Below are positions 1-8,131 of a DNA stretch of 12,282 nucleotides, in pieces. Positions within the stretch are counted from its first letter, which is position 1. Every line of letters begins with the position of its first letter. A model generated the notes under the pieces. That model ran no database searches and was not told the origin of the DNA. It worked only from the letters and a program-made list of their open reading frames with translations. Made by a program: the position numbers and the translations under genes. The stretch comes from Candidatus Hydrogenedentota bacterium. GTDB taxonomy: Bacteria > Hydrogenedentota > Hydrogenedentia > Hydrogenedentales > SLHB01. The stretch is from contig BTVY01000029.1 in the NCBI GenBank assembly GCA_045863335.1, positions 84,935 through 97,216 on the forward strand, read 5' to 3'.

Positions 1-18
1 TCCGGCACAACCCCGCCA

Positions 19-139
19 CCCCCCGTTGGCCCGCGCTCGCCGCGCGCGGCACTTCTTCTCTGCGTGGTTCAAGACCCATTTCCTGTGGCATAGTGGCGTG
101 AACGAAGTTGCCAATCGGCACGACGCGGGGAACGGGGGG
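19..139. other. Long imperfect inverted repeat / rod-like structured RNA candidate upstream of the glycoside hydrolase
   Basis: Seen in sequence, collinear Watson-Crick helices: 19-27/131-139 (9 bp), 30-35/124-129 (6 bp), 37-39/121-123, 40-42/116-118, 48-51/109-112, 52-55/104-107 and 56-58/100-102, about 32 bp in total. Function is inferred only. Confidence 0.4.
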
Positions 140-149
140 GCTTCCGGCT

Positions 150-3008
150 ATGTACATATTGATTGCCGCGGTTATCGCGCTGGCAGCGCCACCATCGAAC
201 GTCGTCGTCTTCAACGTTGACGGCTTAACAGCGGACGCGGGCGAGTACGCTACAACCGAGATTGATGGCATCCCCGCGCTGTCGCCGGACATGTTATTAA
301 TACTGCTTCAATCCCGCGCCTTTCCCGCCGTGGCCATTCCTCCGCTTCAGGAATTCCTGGAACGGGGCGGACACGTGGTGGCGGTCGACGGGCCGCCGTT
401 CGAGGAACTCCTGTTTCGTGGCGGCAATGGCCGTTGGTTGGGTCTCGACGAATTGCTGGCGGACGTCAAGCCGGAGCATTCGCTAGTGGACTGGGCTGCG
501 GTCAATGCGAGCCCGCCTTCCCACAGCGCCGGCAGCGCGGGCGGCAACGCAACCTACACGCCATTGGCAAACGGGTACGCGACTGCATTGACCATCCCGG
601 AAGCGGCGAGCTGGATGGTGCGCGAGATTCCGGTACACAACCCCGCACCGGCTGAACATGACACGCTTCGGTTTCGTCTCTCAGGAAGCGGTCCGGCGCC
701 GACGCTTCTGGTCGAGGTTCGTGAGAAGGACGGCACCCGCTGGATGGCGAAAGCGCCGCTGGCGGCCGAACCACGAGAAGTGGGGATTCACCAAACCGGC
801 TTTCAATTCTGGAACGACGGTTCGCCCGCCAATCGCGGCTTCAAGGGTGACGTTCCCAACCTCGCCAATCTTGCGGCAATGCAATTCGGGTTCGCGGCGA
901 GTCATCAGCAATTGCACGCCGGTCAATACACGTACCGTATTGAAGGCATCGCGACGGGTATCTGCGGCACCGACGTCATTCACGTTTCGCCGCCGAAGCT
1001 GGAAGGGTTCAGTCCTTCGTACAAGTTATTCTCCACGACGGCAGTACGTACGGAGCCAGTCAAAGGGTTTAACTTCGGCAACGTGACCGTACCTTCACAG
1101 ATTCTCTCTCCGGTTGCGCGTCCCATGCATGACGTCGAGGAACGGCCGTACGTGTGGGAACCCCTCGTGAAAGCCTTTGATGGCGACGGCCGCTGGATTG
1201 CGACGCCCATGTCAACCACGTGGTATCGCAACGGGTCGTCATGCACGCTGATTGGCTGGGAGCCCGAGCCCGACGAACTCGCCATCATTGTCGATGAACT
1301 CGCAGCGCGTCTCGCGAAAGGCAAGCCGGCGTTTCCTGCTCCGGCACTGCTCGCCGACGATACAGCGGGGGACACCGTCTCCGTACGCGATGGTCAATTC
1401 ACGTTGAACGGCGAGCCCTGGTTCGCCAACGGGATCAACTTCTGGCCGGGGTACGTCGCGGGAATGGAGCCGCCGGAGTACTACTCCCACTGGCTGAGTG
1501 CCGCCGACTATATCCCCGAACTCGTCGATCAAGACCTCGCGACGTTGAACCGGCTCGGCGTGAATCTCGTCAGCATTCAGTTCGAGCAACTCGACCAAGT
1601 GCCGCAACTCCACGACTTCCTCGCGCGGTGCGGACACTACGGAATCAAGGTCAATATCTTTCTGCGCGGCGCGCATCCGCTTCATCCCGATCCCTCAGAC
1701 GATCTATCGCAGCGGCCCTTCCTCGAACTCATGCGGGCCGCGAACCTGCGCGGAAATCCCCACGTTTTTGCGTACGACCTCGCATGGGAACCGCGTATGG
1801 GGGTCTACGCGGAGCGGCGCCGGTATGATCCGCTGTTCGTAGATTGGGTCGAAGAACAATACGGCAACGTTGAGCGCGCACAGGAAGTGTGGGGGATTCC
1901 TGCGAACCGGGAAGACGGCTCGGTTACCGGTCCGACAGACGATCAACTGCGCAACGACGGGCCGCACCGGATCATGGTCGCCGCGTACCGCCGTTTTGCG
2001 GACGATCTCATCAGCCGCCGTTACGGCGCGATCGTTCGGCTGGCGCGGCAAGTGGACGACTCGCATCTCTTCGGCGTGCGCACGGGCTACGGCGGCACCG
2101 GCACGAAGGGCGTCGTTCGCGTCATGCCCTTTCAACTGACGAGTGGCGCGGCCCATCTGGACTTTGTTTCGCCCGAGGGATATGGCTACGGGCCCAAGAA
2201 CATTTCCGACGCGGCCTTCGTCACGGCGTATGCGCGCTGGGCTGGAAACGGCAAGCCCGTGTTCTGGGCTGAGTTCGGGTATTCGGTGCTGAACGGCGGC
2301 GCGGAGGCGCTGGAAACCCAGGCCATGCTCTACGAAGCCTTCGCGCACATGATCCGCATAAGCGGCGCAGACGGGTGGGCCGGGTGGTGGTACCCAGGCG
2401 GCCTACGGGTCGATGAACGAAGCGACTACGGGATTATCGCGCCGGACGGGCAGCCGCGTCTCGCAACGGCTCATCTTGCACAGATGGCCGAGACGCCGCC
2501 ACGTCCCTCCCGCGAAGACGTGGAGACCCTCGTCGTCGAACGCGACGACTTCGTGGACGGACTGGCGGGTGCGGTCGAGCGGCATTCGAGAGCCTTTGAG
2601 ACCGCCTATGCCAATGGGACGCTCCCCCGAATCCGGACGAACGGTAGCGAGACAACCTCGTCTACCTGCCCATTTACCGGCGTCGGAGGTATCCCTTTCG
2701 AGGCGCCGGGGCCTGCGCAATACCTGAACGCGGAAATCTGGGTGGAAACCTCGCCGGAAGGATCGCTCCGTGTCTTCGCGCTCAACACCGGTGAAGCTGC
2801 GTGGGATTCGGATGACTGTCGCCTGGTGTGGGAGTCTGCGGACGGTGGCATGCGGGCGCTTCTCATCGGACCCATCCGCCGATTCGAGATGTTCGAGGTG
2901 GATCTGGACCTCCGGGACGCGGGCCAGTTGTACATGCGTTCCGACCGGTTCGGCGCCTTTGGTCAACGGCTGAATGTGGTTGCGGCCCGGACGGGGAAAA
3001 TCGAATAA
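150..3008 (+). CDS. Putative secreted clan GH-A glycoside hydrolase (GH5/GH42-like TIM barrel) with N-terminal alpha/beta and CBM-like domains, about 952 aa
   Basis: The ORF track starts at TTG 108. ATG 150 is preferred because it follows a G-rich SD (134-140) and gives a signal-peptide-like start (MYILIAAVIALAAPP). Barrel motifs: VSVRDGQFTLNGEPWFANGINFWP, DQDLATLNRLGVNLV, acid/base strand VFAYDLAWEP (1785-1793), GH42-like FVDWVEEQYG...VWG, LDFVSPEGY, nucleophile KPVFWAEFG (Glu 2271-2273), and GWAGWWY. C-terminal beta-rich segment with NTGEAAW. Substrate unknown. Confidence 0.75.
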   Translation: MYILIAAVIALAAPPSNVVVFNVDGLTADAGEYATTEIDGIPALSPDMLLILLQSRAFPAVAIPPLQEFLERGGHVVAVDGPPFEELLFRGGNGRWLGLDELLADVKPEHSLVDWAAVNASPPSHSAGSAGGNATYTPLANGYATALTIPEAASWMVREIPVHNPAPAEHDTLRFRLSGSGPAPTLLVEVREKDGTRWMAKAPLAAEPREVGIHQTGFQFWNDGSPANRGFKGDVPNLANLAAMQFGFAASHQQLHAGQYTYRIEGIATGICGTDVIHVSPPKLEGFSPSYKLFSTTAVRTEPVKGFNFGNVTVPSQILSPVARPMHDVEERPYVWEPLVKAFDGDGRWIATPMSTTWYRNGSSCTLIGWEPEPDELAIIVDELAARLAKGKPAFPAPALLADDTAGDTVSVRDGQFTLNGEPWFANGINFWPGYVAGMEPPEYYSHWLSAADYIPELVDQDLATLNRLGVNLVSIQFEQLDQVPQLHDFLARCGHYGIKVNIFLRGAHPLHPDPSDDLSQRPFLELMRAANLRGNPHVFAYDLAWEPRMGVYAERRRYDPLFVDWVEEQYGNVERAQEVWGIPANREDGSVTGPTDDQLRNDGPHRIMVAAYRRFADDLISRRYGAIVRLARQVDDSHLFGVRTGYGGTGTKGVVRVMPFQLTSGAAHLDFVSPEGYGYGPKNISDAAFVTAYARWAGNGKPVFWAEFGYSVLNGGAEALETQAMLYEAFAHMIRISGADGWAGWWYPGGLRVDERSDYGIIAPDGQPRLATAHLAQMAETPPRPSREDVETLVVERDDFVDGLAGAVERHSRAFETAYANGTLPRIRTNGSETTSSTCPFTGVGGIPFEAPGPAQYLNAEIWVETSPEGSLRVFALNTGEAAWDSDDCRLVWESADGGMRALLIGPIRRFEMFEVDLDLRDAGQLYMRSDRFGAFGQRLNVVAARTGKIE

Positions 3009-3161
3009 ATCATCGGATTCAGGATGTTGATCTAATCGTGAAAAATAGAGCAATTTAAATATAGGTTTAGCGGATATCAGACGCATTTAAACAGAGTACT
3101 AATTTAATTTTGGCCTTATTTTTCGGGACGAATATGCATTTTAGCCTCTGCAAACCGCGTG

Positions 3162-3190
3162 TTGTATTGCGCCCGATTTTATGGCAAAAT
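3162..3190 (+). promoter_or_regulatory. Candidate sigma70-type promoter for the nqr operon
   Basis: TTGTAT (3162-3167), 17-bp spacer, then extended TG (3182-3183) and CAAAAT (3185-3190). It lies downstream of a conspicuously AT-rich tract (~3040-3125). The consensus match is only moderate. Implied TSS is ~3196-3197. Confidence 0.35.
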
Positions 3191-3195
3191 AGCAA

Positions 3196-3464
3196 CGACT
3201 TGTGCGTGCAAGCGGTTTTAGGCCCGCAAGTCCGGCTGAGGGTTGGTTTGGGTGCCGGAAATGGCCGGTTGAGTCGATTTCGCCCCGGGAGATCTTGGTC
3301 CCAGCGACTTGGACTTTGGGCATCTGCTCCCCGGAACGATATAGCGTTCTTCAAATCCCCGATGTGTGCCATCGATGAGCGCATGCCGGAATCCAGCCGC
3401 GCTCGGCTCCCCGCGCGCGGCTCTGGGGGCTCCACTGGGTTTGGGCTATGAACAGGATGTGACA
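3196..3464 (+). promoter_or_regulatory. Long structured 5' leader of nqrA; candidate cis-regulatory RNA/riboswitch (core ~3231-3290)
   Basis: Several mutually exclusive helices: 3197-3204/3225-3232, 3222-3233/3311-3321, 3241-3248/3263-3270 (G-U rich), 3270-3276/3305-3311 and 3276-3281/3289-3294. Further hairpins at 3333-3350 and 3395-3422. Family identity not confirmed. Confidence 0.4.
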
Positions 3465-4844
3465 ATGGCTGTACACACCATCAAAAAAGGGTTGGATCTC
3501 CCGATTTCCGGGGCGCCAGCGCAGGAAATCGACGTGGCCAAGCCTCCGAGAACCGTAGCGATTCTTGGGGACGACTATGTCGGAATGAAGCCGACGATGG
3601 CCGTCCAGGTTGGCGACACGGTTCGACGGGGAGAACTCCTTTTTGAGGACAAGAAGACGCCGGGCGTCCGCTATACGGCTCCGGGAGCGGGCACGGTCAC
3701 CGCTATCCATCGCGGCGCCAAACGCGCGTTTCAATCACTGGTGATTGAACTGAACGATGCGGAACGCAAAGGCGCCACCACGGAAGCCGATGTCGTCGCC
3801 TTTGAAAACCATACTGGGAACGACCCCGCGGGCCTCAGCCGCGACCAGATCACCGCATTGCTGGTGGAGTCGGGCCTTTGGACTGCATTTCGCACGCGCC
3901 CCTTCAGCAAGATTCCGGAACCGGGAACCGAACCCCATTCCATTTTCGTGACGGCGATCGACACGAATCCCCTCGCGCCGTCGGTGGAGAAAATCCTGGC
4001 GGGCCACGAGGACGATTTTCAGCGGGGTCTCATCTGCGTCGCCAAGTTGACCGAGGGCAAGACCTTCTTGTGCAAGGCCAAAGGCGCGTCGATCCCCGCG
4101 AATCCGAACACGGGCATCACCATCGAAGAATTTGAAGGCCGACATCCGGCAGGGAATGCGGGACTGCACATTCACCTGTTGGATCCTGTGAATCGCGAGA
4201 AGACGGTATGGCACATCGGGTTACAGGATGTTATCGCCATCGGTCATCTGTTCAAGACCGGCAAACTGCTCGTGGACCGCGTGGTATCGCTGGCGGGGCC
4301 GATGGCGGCGAACCCGCGCCTGCTGCGAACGCGCCTGGGCGCGTCGCTGGACGACCTCACCGAGGGCGAACTGAAAGAAGGCGAGACTCGGGTCATTTCG
4401 GGCTCCGTGCTTTCAGGCCGGCAAGCCCAGGGCGAGGTACACGGATTCCTGGGCCGCCATCATCAGCAGGTATCGGTGTTGCGCGAGGGTCGCGAACGGG
4501 AGTTCCTGGGGTGGATGGCCCCGGGAAAAGACAAGTATTCCGTGCTGAATATCTTTGTTTCCCGGGTCTTGAACGGGAAGCGTTTCGATTTTACAACCTC
4601 GACCAACGGTTCCAAGCGCGCCATGGTCCCCGTGGGCATGTACGAGCGCGTCATGCCGATGGACATCATGGCGACGCACCTGCTCCGGGCGCTGATAGCC
4701 AAGGATCTGGAGGTGGCGGAACAACTTGGCTGCCTCGAATTGGATGAAGAGGATTTGGCCTTGTGCACGTTTGTGTGCCCGGGCAAGTACGACTACGGCA
4801 CCATTCTCCGGAGCAATCTGGAAGTCATCGATAGGGAAGGCTAA
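3465..4844 (+). CDS. nqrA: Na+-translocating NADH:quinone oxidoreductase subunit A
   Basis: True start is ATG 3465 ([18 protein letters not shown]), with SD AGGA at 3454-3457. Motifs [47 protein letters not shown] and [22 protein letters not shown] are typical of NqrA. Confidence 0.97.
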   Translation: MAVHTIKKGLDLPISGAPAQEIDVAKPPRTVAILGDDYVGMKPTMAVQVGDTVRRGELLFEDKKTPGVRYTAPGAGTVTAIHRGAKRAFQSLVIELNDAERKGATTEADVVAFENHTGNDPAGLSRDQITALLVESGLWTAFRTRPFSKIPEPGTEPHSIFVTAIDTNPLAPSVEKILAGHEDDFQRGLICVAKLTEGKTFLCKAKGASIPANPNTGITIEEFEGRHPAGNAGLHIHLLDPVNREKTVWHIGLQDVIAIGHLFKTGKLLVDRVVSLAGPMAANPRLLRTRLGASLDDLTEGELKEGETRVISGSVLSGRQAQGEVHGFLGRHHQQVSVLREGREREFLGWMAPGKDKYSVLNIFVSRVLNGKRFDFTTSTNGSKRAMVPVGMYERVMPMDIMATHLLRALIAKDLEVAEQLGCLELDEEDLALCTFVCPGKYDYGTILRSNLEVIDREG

Positions 4845-6064
4845 TGAAGTTCCTACGCGATTTGCAGGAGAAACAGCGTCCGCTATTCGAGAAGGGCGGC
4901 AAGCTGGAAAAGTTGTACCCCCTCTTCGAGGCGAACGACACGTTTCTCTTCACGCCCGGTGAAGTGACACACGGCGCTTCGCACGTCCGGGACGGCATCG
5001 ATCTCAAGCGCATGATGATCATCGTGGTCGTTGCGCTGCTCCCGTGTATGGCCATGGCCATGTTCAACACGGGGTATCAGGCCAACCTCGCCGTAGAAGG
5101 CGGCGCGAGCGCGTGGCCCGGCTGGCAAACGAGTGTGTACACCGCCATGGGGTTTGCGCACGATTCGTCGAGTTTCTTGGGATGCCTGGTTTACGGCGCC
5201 CTTTTCTTCCTGCCCGTGTATATCGTGACGCTCGCGGCGGGCGGTTTCTGGGAAGTGCTCTTCGCCATTGTGCGCAAGCACGATGTGAACGAGGGCTTCC
5301 TGGTTACGAGCGCGCTGTTTCCCCTAATCTTGCCTCCCACGATACCCTTGTGGCAGGTGGCCATCGGCATCAGTTTCGGCGTGGTCGTCGGCAAAGAAAT
5401 CTTTGGCGGCACGGGGATGAATATCTTCAATCCCGCACTCGTGTCCCGCGCGTTCCTGTTCTTCGCGTATCCCGCGCAGATCTCGGGCGACAAAGTCTGG
5501 ATTGCGGCTCAAACCACGGCGGACGGATACAGTGGCGCCACGTGGCTGGCGCGGGCCGCGGAAGACGGCGTCGGCGTGCTTCAGAACAACCTGGGATGGT
5601 GGCAGGCTTTCTTCGGTATGGAACCCGGTTCCATGGGTGAGACGTCCGCTTTTTTCGCCTTACTCGGAGCCGTGGTCTTGATTCTGACCGGCGTGGGCTC
5701 CTGGCGCACGATGGCAGGTTGCCTGCTCGGCAGCTTCGCTATGTCCATCACGCTGAATCTAATTGGGTCCGAGACCAATCCCTTCTTCGGCGTGCCCTTC
5801 TACTGGCACTGGGTGATCGGGAGTTTCGCTTTCGCGGCCGTGTTCATGGCTACTGACCCCGTATCGTCAGCGTTTACCGAACGCGGGAAATGGTTCTACG
5901 GGATTGGCATTGGCGTCATGGGAATTCTGGTGCGCGTGCTCAATCCAGCTTATCCAGAGGGATGGATGCTCGCGATCTTGTTCATGAATATGTTTGCCCC
6001 GTTGATCGATCACTTCGTCGTGAAGGGGAATATCAAACGGAGGTTAGCGCGCAGTGCGGCTTAA
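4844..6064 (+). CDS. nqrB: Na+-NQR subunit B (membrane; covalent FMN, riboflavin)
   Basis: [44 protein letters not shown]-attachment DGYSGAT (Thr codon 5540-5542), [15 protein letters not shown] and FAPLID. TAATG overlap with nqrA. Confidence 0.97.
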   Translation: MKFLRDLQEKQRPLFEKGGKLEKLYPLFEANDTFLFTPGEVTHGASHVRDGIDLKRMMIIVVVALLPCMAMAMFNTGYQANLAVEGGASAWPGWQTSVYTAMGFAHDSSSFLGCLVYGALFFLPVYIVTLAAGGFWEVLFAIVRKHDVNEGFLVTSALFPLILPPTIPLWQVAIGISFGVVVGKEIFGGTGMNIFNPALVSRAFLFFAYPAQISGDKVWIAAQTTADGYSGATWLARAAEDGVGVLQNNLGWWQAFFGMEPGSMGETSAFFALLGAVVLILTGVGSWRTMAGCLLGSFAMSITLNLIGSETNPFFGVPFYWHWVIGSFAFAAVFMATDPVSSAFTERGKWFYGIGIGVMGILVRVLNPAYPEGWMLAILFMNMFAPLIDHFVVKGNIKRRLARSAA

Positions 6065-6842
6065 CGACACAGTCTATACGTTTCTTTTTGCGGGCGTGGT
6101 CTGTTTGATTTGCTCACTCCTGGTATCCACCAGCGCCGTGGCGTTGCGGTCCCGGCAGGAAGCCAACAAGCTGCTGGACCGGCAGCAGAAGGTGCTGGCC
6201 GTGAGCGGCCTGGTGGGAGAGGACGAGTCGCTGCCCGCAGCCGAAGTCCAGGAACGGTTCGCCAAGAACATCGTACCTCGCGTGGTGAATCTGGATACCG
6301 GTGAATACGTGCCGGAAGATGAGATCGATCCGGCCTCCTTCGATCAGCAAAAAGCAACGAAGGATCCGGAACGTTCTGAGAAAGCGCCCCAGAACAAGGC
6401 GCAGGTCCGCCGGGTACCCAATAACGCGCTTGTGTATCAGGTGGTCGAAGACGGCGAGGTGACCGAACTGATCTTGCCCGTGGAAGGCAAGGGTCTCTGG
6501 TCAACCTTGTACGGGTACCTGGCTCTCGACAAGGACACGACCACCATCAAGGGTCTGACGTTCTATCAGCACGGCGAGACGCCCGGGCTGGGCGGCGAAG
6601 TAGATAATCCGCGCTGGAAGGCGCTGTGGCCGGGACGAAAGGCCTATAACGAGAACTGGGAGCCTGAGATTCACGTCATCAAAGGGCCGGCCGGTCCACC
6701 CAGTGACGCACCGTACTCGGTGGACGGTCTTTCAGGCGCCACGCTGACGAGTAATGGCGTCACAAATCTCCTTCAGTTCTGGCTGGGCGAGAACGGGTTT
6801 GGACCCTACCTCGAGAATTTCCGCGAGAAAGGAAACCAGTAA
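6054..6842 (+). CDS. nqrC: Na+-NQR subunit C (covalent FMN)
   Basis: GTG start with GGAGG at 6039-6043; 11-nt overlap with nqrB. N-terminal TM helix, [26 protein letters not shown], and [11 protein letters not shown] (Thr codon 6741-6743). Confidence 0.96.
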   Translation: MRLNDTVYTFLFAGVVCLICSLLVSTSAVALRSRQEANKLLDRQQKVLAVSGLVGEDESLPAAEVQERFAKNIVPRVVNLDTGEYVPEDEIDPASFDQQKATKDPERSEKAPQNKAQVRRVPNNALVYQVVEDGEVTELILPVEGKGLWSTLYGYLALDKDTTTIKGLTFYQHGETPGLGGEVDNPRWKALWPGRKAYNENWEPEIHVIKGPAGPPSDAPYSVDGLSGATLTSNGVTNLLQFWLGENGFGPYLENFREKGNQ

Positions 6843-6844
6843 CT

Positions 6845-7477
6845 ATGGCGATTGGAAAGCAGGAGAGAGCGGCGCTCATCGATCCGCTGTTCAACAACAA
6901 CCCCATCGCCCTTCAGGTATTGGGGATTTGTTCGGCGCTCGCCGTTACCACCAAGCTCGACACGGCACTCGTGATGTGCGTGGCGCTGACGGCGGTGACG
7001 GCATTGTCCAGCGCTTCCGTGAGTTTCGTTCGCAATGCGGTACCCAACAGCATCCGCATCATCGTGCAACTGGCGATCATCGCGTCGCTCGTGATTATCA
7101 CCGACCAGATTCTCCGGGCTTATCTCTACGACATCTCCAAGCAGTTGTCGGTGTTCGTGGGCCTGATTATTACGAACTGCATCGTGATGGGCCGGGCGGA
7201 GGGCTACGCCATGCAAAACCCGCCCGTTTTGAGCTTCTTGGACGGCATCGGCAACGGCGTCGGCTACAGCCTGATTCTGCTCGTCACGGCGTTTCTGCGG
7301 GAGTTGTTCGGTTCGGGGTCGCTCTACGGCTATCAATTGTTGAAGCCTGTTACGGAAGGCGGCTGGTATCAGCCGAACGGCCTTATGGTCTTGGCGCCGG
7401 CCGCATTCTTCATTATCGGATTTCTTATCTGGGCTCTCCGTACGTGGAAGCCCGAACAAGTGGAAGAGGAGGGATAA
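6845..7477 (+). CDS. nqrD: Na+-NQR subunit D
   Basis: [40 protein letters not shown] and SFLDGIGNG. Both Fe-S ligand cysteines are present. Confidence 0.97.
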   Translation: MAIGKQERAALIDPLFNNNPIALQVLGICSALAVTTKLDTALVMCVALTAVTALSSASVSFVRNAVPNSIRIIVQLAIIASLVIITDQILRAYLYDISKQLSVFVGLIITNCIVMGRAEGYAMQNPPVLSFLDGIGNGVGYSLILLVTAFLRELFGSGSLYGYQLLKPVTEGGWYQPNGLMVLAPAAFFIIGFLIWALRTWKPEQVEEEG

Positions 7478-7483
7478 ACCGCA

Positions 7484-8098
7484 ATGGAGCACTTTCTGAG
7501 CCTCGCGGTCAAATCCATCTTTATCGAGAATATGGCTCTCGCCTATTTCTTGGGCATGTGTTCGTTCCTGGCGTGTTCCAAGAAGGTTGACACGGCGATC
7601 GGGCTGGGTGCCGCAGTTGTCTTTGTGCAGTCCATCACGATCCCGTTGAACAACCTGTTCTTGAACCATGTTCTCGCCGAAGGCGCCCTGGCATGGATCC
7701 ACCCTAGTTTGGCGACGGTCGATCTGACCTTCCTCGGGTTCATTACGTACATCGGTACCATTGCCGCCATGGTGCAAATCGTCGAGATGGCGCTGGACCG
7801 CTATGTCCCCGCGCTTTACTCTGCCCTGGGCGTGTTTCTGCCGCTCATCGCCGTTAACTGCGCCATTCTCGGCGGCTCGCTGTTCATGGTCGAACGTGAT
7901 TACAACTTCGCCGACAGCGTCGTGTATGGCGTCGGCTCAGGCATCGGATGGGCGCTGGCGATCGTGGCCCTGGCCGCCATCCGCGAGAAGATGAAATACA
8001 GCAACGTGCCCTTGGGTTTGCGCGGGCTGGGTATGACGTTTCTTTTAACTGGGCTCATGGCGATTGCCTTCATGTCTTTCGCTGGAATCCAGTTGTAA
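7484..8098 (+). CDS. nqrE: Na+-NQR subunit E
   Basis: [61 protein letters not shown], and C-terminal FAGIQL. Both Fe-S ligand cysteines are present. Confidence 0.97.
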   Translation: MEHFLSLAVKSIFIENMALAYFLGMCSFLACSKKVDTAIGLGAAVVFVQSITIPLNNLFLNHVLAEGALAWIHPSLATVDLTFLGFITYIGTIAAMVQIVEMALDRYVPALYSALGVFLPLIAVNCAILGGSLFMVERDYNFADSVVYGVGSGIGWALAIVALAAIREKMKYSNVPLGLRGLGMTFLLTGLMAIAFMSFAGIQL

Positions 8099-8131
8099 TC
8101 GGTTTTTACGCGCAGTTGGGAGACGCAATTC

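Noticed and set aside
63-79. GGTTCAAGACC resembling a tRNA T-loop
   Set aside because: The T-stem is imperfect and no D-arm, anticodon arm or acceptor stem can be built.
134-140. G7 run as a phase-variation tract
   Set aside because: Short for a GC-rich genome, and better explained as an SD or helix arm.
108-149. TTG start of the hydrolase given by the ORF track
   Set aside because: No SD, and it adds a non-signal-like extension inside the structured region. ATG 150 has a G-rich SD and a hydrophobic N-terminus.
470-960. CIA30-like domain as a respiratory assembly factor for the adjacent Nqr
   Set aside because: The jelly-roll fold is shared with CBMs and sits within a probably secreted glycosidase; no evidence of a link to Nqr.
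3027-3040. FNR-like box TTGAT-CTA-ATCGT
   Set aside because: The spacer is 3 nt rather than 4, and the right half-site is poor.
3036-3053. Rex-like operator TCGTGAA-AAAT-AGAGCAA
   Set aside because: Only the left half resembles TTGTGAA-N4-TTCACAA; the right half matches 3/7.
3231-3270. TPP (GCTGAG) or cobalamin (GGTGCC) riboswitch resemblance
   Set aside because: The downstream conserved blocks (TPP CCTGA/TAATG; B12-box GGGAA...GCAACTG) are absent.
3366-3464. 33-aa N-terminal extension of NqrA from the ORF track
   Set aside because: NqrA homology begins at [13 protein letters not shown], and ATG 3465 has an SD.
3067-3465. ORFs 3110-3451 (+), 3067-3465 (-) and 3141-3323 (-) in the intergenic region
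   Set aside because: No SD or recognisable motifs, and they overlap the promoter and structured leader; likely spurious.
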